From assembly GCA_017458975.1 (NCBI GenBank), contig JAFSZK010000057.1, positions 11,978 through 75,977 on the forward strand: a DNA stretch of 64,000 nt, given 5' to 3'. Below, piece after piece: positions 38,610-48,500 of the stretch. The translations under genes and the position numbers were made by a program. The DNA is from Eubacterium sp. (GTDB taxonomy: Bacteria; Bacillota; Clostridia; Oscillospirales; Acutalibacteraceae). Every line of letters begins with the position of its first letter. The stretch's first letter is position 1. Under the pieces are notes generated by a model. It saw only the letters and a list, made by a program, of their open reading frames with translations, did not search any database and was not told the DNA's origin.

Positions 38610-39707
38610 ATGGGAATGTTATTCCAGATTTACGGTGATACAAGCATCTGGCAGCTTGTCGGATGGTGTCTTGCTTTCACCGGACTCGTTGTTGCTAATG
38701 AAATAGCACGACGCACCAAGATAGGCGGTATTTTCTGCTTTATCGTTTTACCCTCAGCCCTTACGGTTTACTTTATTGCAATCAACATTGCAGCCAAATC
38801 AGGCGCTGAATGGGCAGTAAACAACCCGACAATTGTTCAGATGAACGGTTGGTTCCACTATGCAAAGCTCTATGCGGCAACAGTCGGCTGTATCGGCTTT
38901 ATGATTCTTAAATATCAGTGGGGCAGCCTCGGAAAGAGCCATTGGTTCAAGGCTTATCCGTTCCTTATTGTTGGTATTAACATCCTTATCGCGGTTGCTT
39001 CCGACTTCGAATCTGCAGTAAAAGGTATGCAGATTGGCGGAATGCAAGGCGGCTGGTGGTATTCATCAGAAGGCGTATGGCTTTACGGCGGCTGGTGGAA
39101 TATCCTCAACGGTATCGCGGGCTTAATCAACATTATGTGTATGACCGGCTGGTGGGGAATCTACTCCTCGAAAGACCAGAAGGATATGCTCTGGCCCGAT
39201 ATGACCTGGCAGTTCATCCTTGCATACGATGTTTGGAACTTTGAGTATACTTACCTCAATCTTCCTCTTCACACCTGGTACTGCGGTGTTGCACTTCTTC
39301 TTGCACCGACCTTTGCAAACCTCTTCTGGAACAAGGGCGGCTGGATTCAGAACCGTGCAAACACTCTTGCACTCTGGTGTATGTTCGCTCAGGTTGTTCC
39401 CGGATTCCAGAACCACTCACGTTTCACAACTCTTCCCACAGTTTACAAAGCAGCAGAGAGATTTGCTACCGGCGCTGACGGAAGAATGAATCCTGACCTC
39501 GTTCTCAGCGCTTCCGACGCTAACCCGACAGCTCAGGGCGTAGTTGCTATTCTTGCTATCGCTGTTAATGTTCTTGTTATTACAAACATTATTAAGAGAG
39601 CTAAGGAGCAGAAGAAGAATCCGTATAAGAACGAAATCTTTGCTGATACAAAAGACTTCAAGCTTGCTCTTGAAAGAGCAGCTGCAGCTAATAAAGAGGT
39701 AGCATAA
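38610..39707 (+). CDS. Multi-pass membrane protein, DUF5692-like
   Basis: Trp-rich TM protein with WFHYAKLY, NILIAVASDFE, DMLWPDMTW and WIQNRANTL; family recognised from memory. Confidence 0.6.
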   Translation: MGMLFQIYGDTSIWQLVGWCLAFTGLVVANEIARRTKIGGIFCFIVLPSALTVYFIAINIAAKSGAEWAVNNPTIVQMNGWFHYAKLYAATVGCIGFMILKYQWGSLGKSHWFKAYPFLIVGINILIAVASDFESAVKGMQIGGMQGGWWYSSEGVWLYGGWWNILNGIAGLINIMCMTGWWGIYSSKDQKDMLWPDMTWQFILAYDVWNFEYTYLNLPLHTWYCGVALLLAPTFANLFWNKGGWIQNRANTLALWCMFAQVVPGFQNHSRFTTLPTVYKAAERFATGADGRMNPDLVLSASDANPTAQGVVAILAIAVNVLVITNIIKRAKEQKKNPYKNEIFADTKDFKLALERAAAANKEVA

Positions 39708-39716
39708 AAAAATAAG

Positions 39717-39746
39717 AAAGGCAGTTGAGAAATCAACTGCCTTTTT
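39717..39746. terminator. Bidirectional terminator between convergent operons
   Basis: aaaggcagttga-gaaa-tcaactgccttt hairpin. Confidence 0.8.
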
Positions 39747-39747
39747 A

Positions 39748-42273
39748 TTATGCCGTAACTATATCGTTTGCGCTTTGTAAGCCGAGCTTTTTAACCGCGT
39801 CCTCGCGCATCTGGTACTTAAGGATTTTACCCGCTGCGTTCATCGGGAAAGCGTCAACAAAATCAACGTATCTCGGAACCTTATGCCTTGCCATGCTTGC
39901 TCCGACAAAATCCTTCATTTCCTGTTCGGTCATACTTTCGCCTTCTTTAAGGATGACGCAAGCCATAATCTCCTCGCCGTACTGCTCGTCGGGTACGCCG
40001 ATAACCTGAACGTCGCTTACCTTCGGGTTGGTGTAAATAAATTCCTCAATCTCCTTGGGATAAATATTTTCACCGCCGCGGATAATCATATCCTTAAGAC
40101 GTCCCGTAATCTTATAGTTTCCGTCGGGCGTCTTACACGCAAGGTCGCCCGTATGGAGCCAGCCGTCCTTGTCAATAGCTTCGCTCGTTGCCTTGGGCAT
40201 CTTGTAGTAGCCCTTCATAATATTGTAGCCCCTTGCAAGGAATTCGCCCGGTACGTCGTACGGACACTCCTCGCCCGTTTCGGGGTCAACAATTTTACAC
40301 TCAATCTCGGGCATTGCGCGTCCTACGGTTGCAACGCGAACCTCAAGCGGGTCGTCAGTCGAGCTCATAGTACAGCCCGGTGACGCCTCGGTCTGACCGT
40401 ATACGATTACGATTTCGGTCATATTCATTTTATTTACAACGTCCTGCATTGCCGAAATAGGACAGGGGCTGCCCGCCATAATTCCCGTTCTCATATACGA
40501 AAAGTCGGTCTTTTCAAAATCGGGATGCTCAAGCAATGCGATAAACATTGTAGGTACGCCGTGAAAGGCGGTAATATGCTCGTTATTAATACACGCAAGC
40601 GACGGCTTGGGTGAAAAATACGGAATAGGAAGCAGCGTTCCGCCGTGGGTCATAGTCGACGTCATTGCAAGCACCATACCGAAGCAGTGGAACATCGGAA
40701 CCTGAATCATCATTCTGTCCGCGGTAGACAAATCCATTCTGTCGCCTATGCACTTTCCGTTATTAACAATATTATAATGGGTAAGCATAACTCCCTTCGG
40801 GAAGCCCGTTGTACCCGAGGTGTACTGCATATTGCATACGTCGTCGGGCTTAACAGCTGCCGCCATTGCGTAAACCTTTTCCTTATTAACCCTGCTTGCA
40901 TATTCAAGCGCTTCGTTCCATTCGATACAGCCCTTTTGCTTAAAGCCGACGGTAATAACGTTACGAAGGAAGGGAAGGCGCTTGCTGTGAAGCTGTTCGC
41001 CCTTCTTTGTATTTTCAAGCTCGGGGCACAAACGCGCAATAATATCGCCGTAGCTCGTGTCCTTTGCTCCCTCGGTAATAACAAGGGTGTGGGTATCGCT
41101 CTGTTTTAAAAGGTATTCCGCCTCGGCAATTTTATAAGCGGTATTAACCGTTACAAGAACCGCGCCGATTTTTACCGTAGCCCAGAAGGTGATAAACCAC
41201 TGTGGAACGTTTGACGCCCATATCGCAACGTGGCTTCCCGCCTTAACGCCCATTGAAATCAGCACTCTTGCAAATTCGTCAACGTCGTCGCGGAATTCGC
41301 TGTAGGTTCTTGTATAATCAAGGGTTGTGTATTTAAACGCATACTGGTCGGGGAATTCTTCAACCATACGGTCAAGCACCTCGCCGAAGGTCTTTTCAAT
41401 AAGAAGGTCCTTTTTCCAAACGCATCTTCCCGTATGGGTTCTGTTATAGTAAAGGGTCTTTTCCTTGCCCGCGGTATAGTTAAACTGCTTCATAAAGTTT
41501 ACGAAATGGGCAAAGATAATTTCCATATCGTCAAGCTCCTCGCACCATCTCGGGTCCCATACAAGCGAGGTAAAGCCGTCAAAGTTAACGCTTCTTAAAG
41601 CAAGCATAATTTCCTTAAGCGGAAGCTCACCCTCACCGATTAAGCAGTATTCAAAGCCTTCGTCGCTCTTTCTGCAATCGGTAAGCTGGACATGTTTAAC
41701 GTAAGCTCCGAGATTTGTAATAATCGTATCGGGGTTTTCGCCTACGCTCTGATATGCCTCGGCTACGTTCCAAAGAGCCGCAAGGCTGTCGCTTGCAAAA
41801 TTCTCAAGAATATCGCGAAGGTTCGAGGTATCGGCAAACATACCCTTTGTTTCAATTAAAACTACTACTCCCTTTGCTTCGGCAAGGGGAACTATTTTTT
41901 CGAGCATTTCGGTAACAAAGGCAAAGCTCTTTTCAGTTTTTTCGCCGTGCTCCGCTCTTACTCTTATATAAGGAATATGAAGATTGCCCGCAACGTTAAG
42001 GCACGCCTCAACCTCCTTCATTGTATCCTCTGCTTTTTCGGTATCCGAAATGTCGCAAATCGTATCCATACACGCAAGGGAAAGCTTTTTTTCATAGAGC
42101 TTCCTTAACGTAGCGTTAGCCGTATAATCGTGGAACGCTCCGTCCTTGTCGGTAAAAAGAGGGTTATGGATATTATGAAGCTCTATACCCTTAAAGCCTA
42201 AATCTACGGCTGTGTTACAGAAATCGTCAAAGCTGATTCCGTACCAGCCCTTAGTTGAAAACGAAAGCTTCAT
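39748..42273 (-). CDS. Fusion of a degenerate xylose-isomerase-like TIM barrel and an acyl-CoA synthetase (AMP-binding)
   Basis: N-terminal roughly 265 aa MKLSFST..GFKGIEL..IET..KHVQLTD..GEGELP (AP-endonuclease-2-like). C-terminal part has intact YTSGTTGFPKG, YGQTE, WLHTGD, IIRGGENIYP and GKILK. Confidence 0.88.
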   Translation of the reverse strand: MKLSFSTKGWYGISFDDFCNTAVDLGFKGIELHNIHNPLFTDKDGAFHDYTANATLRKLYEKKLSLACMDTICDISDTEKAEDTMKEVEACLNVAGNLHIPYIRVRAEHGEKTEKSFAFVTEMLEKIVPLAEAKGVVVLIETKGMFADTSNLRDILENFASDSLAALWNVAEAYQSVGENPDTIITNLGAYVKHVQLTDCRKSDEGFEYCLIGEGELPLKEIMLALRSVNFDGFTSLVWDPRWCEELDDMEIIFAHFVNFMKQFNYTAGKEKTLYYNRTHTGRCVWKKDLLIEKTFGEVLDRMVEEFPDQYAFKYTTLDYTRTYSEFRDDVDEFARVLISMGVKAGSHVAIWASNVPQWFITFWATVKIGAVLVTVNTAYKIAEAEYLLKQSDTHTLVITEGAKDTSYGDIIARLCPELENTKKGEQLHSKRLPFLRNVITVGFKQKGCIEWNEALEYASRVNKEKVYAMAAAVKPDDVCNMQYTSGTTGFPKGVMLTHYNIVNNGKCIGDRMDLSTADRMMIQVPMFHCFGMVLAMTSTMTHGGTLLPIPYFSPKPSLACINNEHITAFHGVPTMFIALLEHPDFEKTDFSYMRTGIMAGSPCPISAMQDVVNKMNMTEIVIVYGQTEASPGCTMSSTDDPLEVRVATVGRAMPEIECKIVDPETGEECPYDVPGEFLARGYNIMKGYYKMPKATSEAIDKDGWLHTGDLACKTPDGNYKITGRLKDMIIRGGENIYPKEIEEFIYTNPKVSDVQVIGVPDEQYGEEIMACVILKEGESMTEQEMKDFVGASMARHKVPRYVDFVDAFPMNAAGKILKYQMREDAVKKLGLQSANDIVTA

Positions 42274-43652
42274 TAATTTTCCTCCTCATAAACAATTTTA
42301 TTAATTGCATTGAGATATGCTCTGATGCTTGCGCCGATAATATCGGTTGAAATACCGTTGCCCGAATAGAGCTTTGAGCCCGAGCGAAGCTTAACAACAG
42401 CAGAGCCCATTGCCTCCTTACCCTCGGTAACGGCCTGAATCTGAAAATCATCAAGCTCATAGTGGCTTCCGATAATGGAGTCAATTGCAATAAAGGACGC
42501 GTCAATCGGTCCGTCGCCGAGCTTAATGCTCTCAAGCGTTTCGCCGTCCTTTTCAAGAACGATATGCGCGCTTGCGGTTATGATATTTCCGTTATTTATA
42601 ATATAGCTGACAAGCTTATAAGCCGACGGAACCTGAAGCGCGGCGGAGGCTACTATTGCGTCAAGCTCCTTTGCTCCGACGTTCTTCTTATTTGCAACGC
42701 GGAGAAATTCCTTATATACCTTGCCCCCGTCCTCATCGGAAAGGTCGTAGCCGAGCTTTTTAACGGCTGAAAGAACAGTCTCCTCGGTATCGGATTTATC
42801 AAGTCTTATTCCCTCGAACTCCGTACTTACCGTAACGGTTGTCCTGTCGTTTTTAGCGTTGTCGGTAATCCAGTTAATCTGGGATACGATTCGGTTAAGC
42901 TCGGTATATTTAAGGCTTGACTTAATACCGTAGTCAATACCGTAGTCCTTAATAATTGAGCCGAAGGTATCAAGCTCGGTTGTATCTCCGCCGACTGCGC
43001 ACTTAACGCAGGCAGCGCCGTTTCTTACGGCAAGAATAGCCTGAGCCGCCGCAAGACCCGTCTTATTATTACATTTAATGCCGATGGGCACGCCCGTATT
43101 TTCGATTACCTCCTTAACAAAGCAGGCAAAATCGTCGGGAAGCATCGAACCCGCCGTATCGCATACGGTAATCTTATCCGCGCCCGCGTCGGTAGCCTTT
43201 TTAATTGCTTCGTAAAGAAAATCGCGCTCCGCTCTTGTTGCGTCAACGGCGCAAAATTCAACGCCGTTTTTTGTTTGCCCCGCTTTCTTTACGGTAAGCT
43301 CAATCCAGCTGAGCATTTTAGCCGGCTTTTTATGACAGGTATACTCCATTCCCACGGGAGATACGGGAAGCTCAATTCTTATAACGCCTTTCTTCGCCTT
43401 ATCAAGCGCCTCGGCAGCAAAGTCAATACTCTCCTCGCTCATACCTGCCGCAACGGAAAGAACACCGTTATTGACAAATGCCGAAACAGTGCGCAGTAAT
43501 AGAACGTCTGTTTTTTCGTTTTCGATTTCGGGAAATTCGATAATATCGACATTTAGCTTTTCAAGCTGACGCGCAATTTCAATTTTCTCTTTAAAAGAGA
43601 AGGAGTTGTTTTCTCTGCACAATGTTGTGTCTGCAATTTTAATGCCTTTCAT
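42273..43652 (-). CDS. 2-isopropylmalate synthase-like protein with eroded active site and intact LeuA regulatory domain
   Basis: IADTTLCRE, DATRA, DTAG and KCNNKTGLAAA in the barrel; C-terminal GDGPIDA..QAVTEG.EAMG..SGNGISTDIIGASIRAYLNA. Start MKGIK at 43652 (AAAGGA RBS). Confidence 0.85.
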   Translation of the reverse strand: MKGIKIADTTLCRENNSFSFKEKIEIARQLEKLNVDIIEFPEIENEKTDVLLLRTVSAFVNNGVLSVAAGMSEESIDFAAEALDKAKKGVIRIELPVSPVGMEYTCHKKPAKMLSWIELTVKKAGQTKNGVEFCAVDATRAERDFLYEAIKKATDAGADKITVCDTAGSMLPDDFACFVKEVIENTGVPIGIKCNNKTGLAAAQAILAVRNGAACVKCAVGGDTTELDTFGSIIKDYGIDYGIKSSLKYTELNRIVSQINWITDNAKNDRTTVTVSTEFEGIRLDKSDTEETVLSAVKKLGYDLSDEDGGKVYKEFLRVANKKNVGAKELDAIVASAALQVPSAYKLVSYIINNGNIITASAHIVLEKDGETLESIKLGDGPIDASFIAIDSIIGSHYELDDFQIQAVTEGKEAMGSAVVKLRSGSKLYSGNGISTDIIGASIRAYLNAINKIVYEEEN

Positions 43653-43671
43653 AGTATTCTTCCTTTCGATA

Positions 43672-43922
43672 TAAAATAATAAAGTCCCCGAGCCTATGCT
43701 CAGGGACGGGATAAACCGCGGTACCACCCTAATTGACCTTAAGGTCCTCTCAGCGAGATTCCATCAAATCTCCTGCCATGATAACGGGGCAATCCGTAGC
43801 CGCTTACTTATTCGGCGGCTCTGCTCGGGAACGAGACTTGGTATCCGCTCGCGCTGTCTTACACCGACCGACAGCTCTCTTTGCCGAGTTGAGAATAACA
43901 ATTAATTCCGTCATTGCATTTG
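43672..43922 (-). ncRNA. T-box riboswitch, likely Leu specifier (CUC)
   Basis: On the minus strand: stem I with AGAGAG and GGUGUAA motifs, CUC at 43835-43833, stem II with AGUA, CCGUUA, T-box AAUUAGGGUGGUACCGCG (43734-43717), and terminator hairpin 43707-43684 with a U tract. Confidence 0.92.
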
Positions 43923-43943
43923 GGTTTTATTTGATTGCAAACT

Positions 43944-43972
43944 ATAATATCACAATTTATATTTTATGTCAA
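43944..43972 (-). promoter_or_regulatory. Sigma-70 promoter of the T-box leader
   Basis: TTGACA-N17-TATTAT on the minus strand. Confidence 0.8.
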
Positions 43973-44100
43973 CTGTTTTTTGAAAGGCGCTCCTGCGTTA
44001 AGAGCTTTCTTGACGAAAACGGGAATATATGATAATTTATAATTAAATAACAGCTTTGCGAAAAGCGTAAAGGCTGCAAACAGCTAATTGCGGTGATTTT

Positions 44101-45390
44101 ATGAAAAACAAGACAAAAACAAAAAAGATAATATCCGTTATCCTTGTTATTACGGTTATAGTATCAATCGGCGCCGTTGCCGGTTTTAATGCATTTTCCG
44201 TTGAACCGCTCGGCGAACACAGCTATGTTTATCAATACCGACGCGGCGCAAGGCTTTATTATAAATGCACCCACTGCGGCGATTACAGCCATTACGAAAG
44301 TGCAAAAAATCTTCGCCTTGCCTTTGAGGACGCTGTTACAAGCGAGGATAATCCGTATCATCAAAGCAATTACGACGGACGTTTTGATATTCTCAGGGAC
44401 GGATTTATAAACGCCAAGGATTATACGCTCATCAACGATATGGCGTCCGGAAAGTCGACGGATTATGACAAAATCCTTACTAATGAAAACGCAACCGAAA
44501 GAGCTAAAAGACTTTACCGTTATATCTGTAAGACCTATAAAAACAAAACCTTTTCGGGTCAGCAGGAATCAACCTGGATGGACTCTCCCGAATACGAGAT
44601 GAACTATCTTTATCAGACAACGGGAAAATACCCCGCAATCCGCGGACTTGATTTTATTAACGACGATTTTAACGGCGTTGTTCAGCGCGCAAAAGCGTGG
44701 GACGCAAGGGGCGGAATTGTAACAATCTGTTGGCACTGCTCAAAGAATTTTAATTTAGGCTATAACGAGTGCAAGGCTGACGAGCTCACTCCCGCCGAGT
44801 GGGAGGCTGTTTTAACCGACGGCACCCCCGAGCACGCCGCGTTTATTAACGCAATGGACAGGGCGGGCAATGCTCTGCTTCAGCTTCAAAGCGACGGTAT
44901 TCCCGTGCTTTGGAGACCCTTCCACGAGTTTGACGGAGGCTGGTTCTGGTGGGGCAAGGGCGGATATGATTATTTCAAGCGCCTTTGGATTATGATGCAC
45001 GACCACTTTACAAACGACCTCGGACTCAATAATTTAATCTGGGTTCTCGGTTATTCCCACAACGGAACCGACTACGGCGAAAACCTTACCAACTGGTACC
45101 CGGGCTATCAGTACGTTGATATTGCGGGAGCGGACAGCTATGAGGTTGCTCAAAACGGCGCGGAGCAAAGACTTTTCACCCCCGTAAATACTGCGGCAAA
45201 TTATATTAAGCCGCTTGCTATGCACGAAACGGGCTTAATTCCGACCGTAACGCAGCTTCAAAACGTCGGCTGGGTATTCTTTATGACCTGGCATACAAAT
45301 TATTTAACCGACGAAAACACGCCCGAGCATCTCAGCGGAATATATAACAGCGAATATGTAATTACGCTTGATGAATTAGAGGAATTTTAA
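44101..45390 (+). CDS. Secreted GH26 beta-mannanase with an N-terminal CxxC/EF-hand (dockerin-like) module
   Basis: Signal peptide; CTHC and DILRDGFINAKD; GKYPAIRGLD, VTICWH, WRPFHEFDGGWFWWG (acid/base), WYPG..YVDIAG.DSY, LAMHETG (nucleophile). Confidence 0.92.
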   Translation: MKNKTKTKKIISVILVITVIVSIGAVAGFNAFSVEPLGEHSYVYQYRRGARLYYKCTHCGDYSHYESAKNLRLAFEDAVTSEDNPYHQSNYDGRFDILRDGFINAKDYTLINDMASGKSTDYDKILTNENATERAKRLYRYICKTYKNKTFSGQQESTWMDSPEYEMNYLYQTTGKYPAIRGLDFINDDFNGVVQRAKAWDARGGIVTICWHCSKNFNLGYNECKADELTPAEWEAVLTDGTPEHAAFINAMDRAGNALLQLQSDGIPVLWRPFHEFDGGWFWWGKGGYDYFKRLWIMMHDHFTNDLGLNNLIWVLGYSHNGTDYGENLTNWYPGYQYVDIAGADSYEVAQNGAEQRLFTPVNTAANYIKPLAMHETGLIPTVTQLQNVGWVFFMTWHTNYLTDENTPEHLSGIYNSEYVITLDELEEF

Positions 45391-45522
45391 AATTAAACAA
45401 CGACCTCCTGTTAAACACGGGAGGTTATTTTTTGTCAAAAGTGCATAATTGAATATTTATAATATATATGTTATAATTTATTTTGGAATATTTTAACCTT
45501 TTATTAGATTCAGGTGATATAT

Positions 45523-48500
45523 ATGAAAATTAAAAAATTTAAGAAGGTGCTAAGCGTTATCGTATCGCTGTCAATGCTGTTGACGGCTTTGCTTCCCGTC
45601 GGCGTATTTGCGTATGACGAGGGCACGTCCGCCCTTTCGGCGGTATCAAGCGAGAGCTGGATGAGCGTTATACGCGATGATACCTATCTCACCGAAATTA
45701 CAATCCCCGGTACTCACGATTCCTGCGCAAGGAAGTTTGCAAACGAGGACGCTTTCGGCGTTTTGTCGGGTATTTCAAAATGCCAGAATCTTAATATTAC
45801 GCAACAGCTTAACGCGGGTATACGTTTTCTTGACATACGCTGCGAGGCTGACGCTTCGTCCTATTCGGTAAAGACCGTCCACGGCTCAACCGATTGCTGG
45901 AACGGTGACGATTACTATTATCTTGATTTCGTTTTGCAGGACGTTTATAACTGGCTTGACGCTCACCCGAGCGAGACGGTTCTGATTTCGGTTAAGGAGG
46001 ATGACGGAAGCGTCGGAGCGCCCGCCTTTACCGAAGCAATTTACCAATATATCCACGGCTACGGTCAGGGCAAGTATTTTTACGGCTCGGATTACAACTA
46101 CAATAATTACTGGTATCTCGGTAAAGAGGTTCCTCACCTCAGTCAGGTCAGGGGTAAATGCGTGCTGTTTAACCGATTTGACCAGTATATTCAGTCTTCC
46201 GGCTCAAGCGTAAACGAAAACGAGTCGGGTCAGAAGATAAAATGGAACGACCAGGGAGGAACCTCCTACTCCTCCCCCGTTTACCAGAACGGCTATAACA
46301 ATAATACGGGAGTCGGCACCTTCCACGTTCAGGACCACTATGAGTGGAGCACGTCAAATAAAATCTCGGCAACTCAGGATATGCTGAATCTCGGTCACTA
46401 CCGCGGAGAGTATTATTTTAATTTCTCCTCAACCACCGAGGGCGCAAGCATCCCGAGTCCCAAGAACTGCGCCGATACAGTTAATCCTAATTACTTTTCA
46501 TTTAACTATACTAAAAATAAGCCTTCGGGAATCTATGCAATCGACTTTGCAACGAGCGATATTGCAAGAAAGATAATTGAAAACAACGAAGGCGTTTGTA
46601 CCGTTGTTACCGCGAGCGACGGTAGTATTAACTATACCCTTAACCGAAAGAGCGGAGTCCTTACAATAAGCGGAAACGGAAATATGAAAAACTATGCGTT
46701 TTCTTCCGATTCGGGCGCAAACGGTATGGGCTCAACCGCTCCCTGGGGCGACCAGCCGAAAAATTCGCTCTTTGAGGGTCAGTACAATTCCGATTTAATT
46801 ACCTCGGTTGTAATCGATGAGGGAATCGGCTCAATAGGAAACTATGCCTTTTACGGCTTTGATAACCTTACAAGCGTTACCATACCGAGCTCGGTAAAAA
46901 GCATCGGTGAGGGCGCATTTACAAAATGCTCCTCCCTTCGCTCCATTGATATTTCGGACAAGAATATATCCTCAATCGGAGCATACGCGTTTAAAGACTG
47001 TACGGCTTTGACGAGCTTTAAGACCGCGGAGTGCGTAAATGAAATCGGAGAAAACGCATTTCAGAATACTCCATCACTTGTTATGTACGGCTCGGGCGGT
47101 ACGCTTTCTCAAAGCTATGCTCAAAATAACAATATCCGCTATATCGCCACGGGCGCATACGACGCTCAGACCGACTGGTTTATCTCAAAATCGCTGTTCA
47201 GCGAGCCCTTTAACGAGGACATGGGCGGTACGGGCTACACCAATACCGCGGGTTCAAACGGCGAACAGGTTTCCTACGAGGCTTCACACGACGGACGCGA
47301 CGGCGTTGTTTTCTTGCCGTGGAGTATAGAAAGAACGGGCAATAACTATATCGACTCGGGCAGCGCTCCCTTTGCCGACAAGGATTTAAGCAACGGCGTT
47401 ACAATCAGCTTTTTCAGAGAAATCAGCGGAAATTTTTTTGACGGCGCGGCGCTTACTTTTGCCGATAACGGCGGCAACTACTTTGCAATTTACGATAACG
47501 GAAAAATGTATTTCAATAACGCCACAGGCTCGTTCTCATATGAAACCGAGGCAAGCGACTGTAAGAATAAGGAGTGGCAATTCATAACCGTTACCGCTAC
47601 CAATACCGGAGTTAAGCTTTACGTAAACGGACGGCTTAATTCAACCTATAACTATCAGTCCTCCACGGCGCTTGTTGATTTCCTTTCGGGCGAAAACACT
47701 AAGCTTTATTACGGCTCATATATTCCGCGCGGTACCTGCTCGCTCTATCTTGACGAGGTTTCGCTCTATGATTTTGCGGTAAACGCAACCGAGCAAAAAG
47801 CAATGTATCTCAGCTACGAAACGCCCCAAATCTATTCCGAAGCCCAGTGCGCTGCGGACGCGGACGTTAAAATTTATGCCTCCGACGGCTGGGAAAACGT
47901 AATATATACCCACGGTGAAAATACCGAAACGGTTGCGGGACTCAATATGGCGGCTGACTATATGTTCAGAGGCGACGAAATTGCCGACGGTGACAATGAC
48001 GGCGCATATTATTACTCGACCTCCTCCGCAGGATGCGAAACCGAGCTTTATACTACGCTCACACTTAACAGTAAATACAGTATTACGGGCATTACCGATA
48101 ATTATTCAAACAATATCGGCTACACCCTTCTTTCGGAGGAGAACGGTAAAAAGACCTATAAGCTCTACGGCGCGCTTTCCTCGGGCTATACCGACGGTAC
48201 GGACGATAATATTACGCTTGAGGTCGGTATTACCGACGGCGAAAAGGAATATACCCAGACTAAATTCATATTCGTTACGCCACACCCCGTGTCCTCTCAT
48301 GCGGCAAGCGCGGTTTATAAGGGCTGGACCTCGGGCACCTCGTCAAAATCGAGGGACTCCGCAGTATTATTCAGAGCCGACGGCTCAACGGGTATGTCGC
48401 TTACCTATTATTCGGGTAACTACGTATTTGTTCATACTCCCGTATTTATCGGAAACGGCTGGTGCTTTGCGTCAAATTACAACGCCGATAACCTCCTTAT

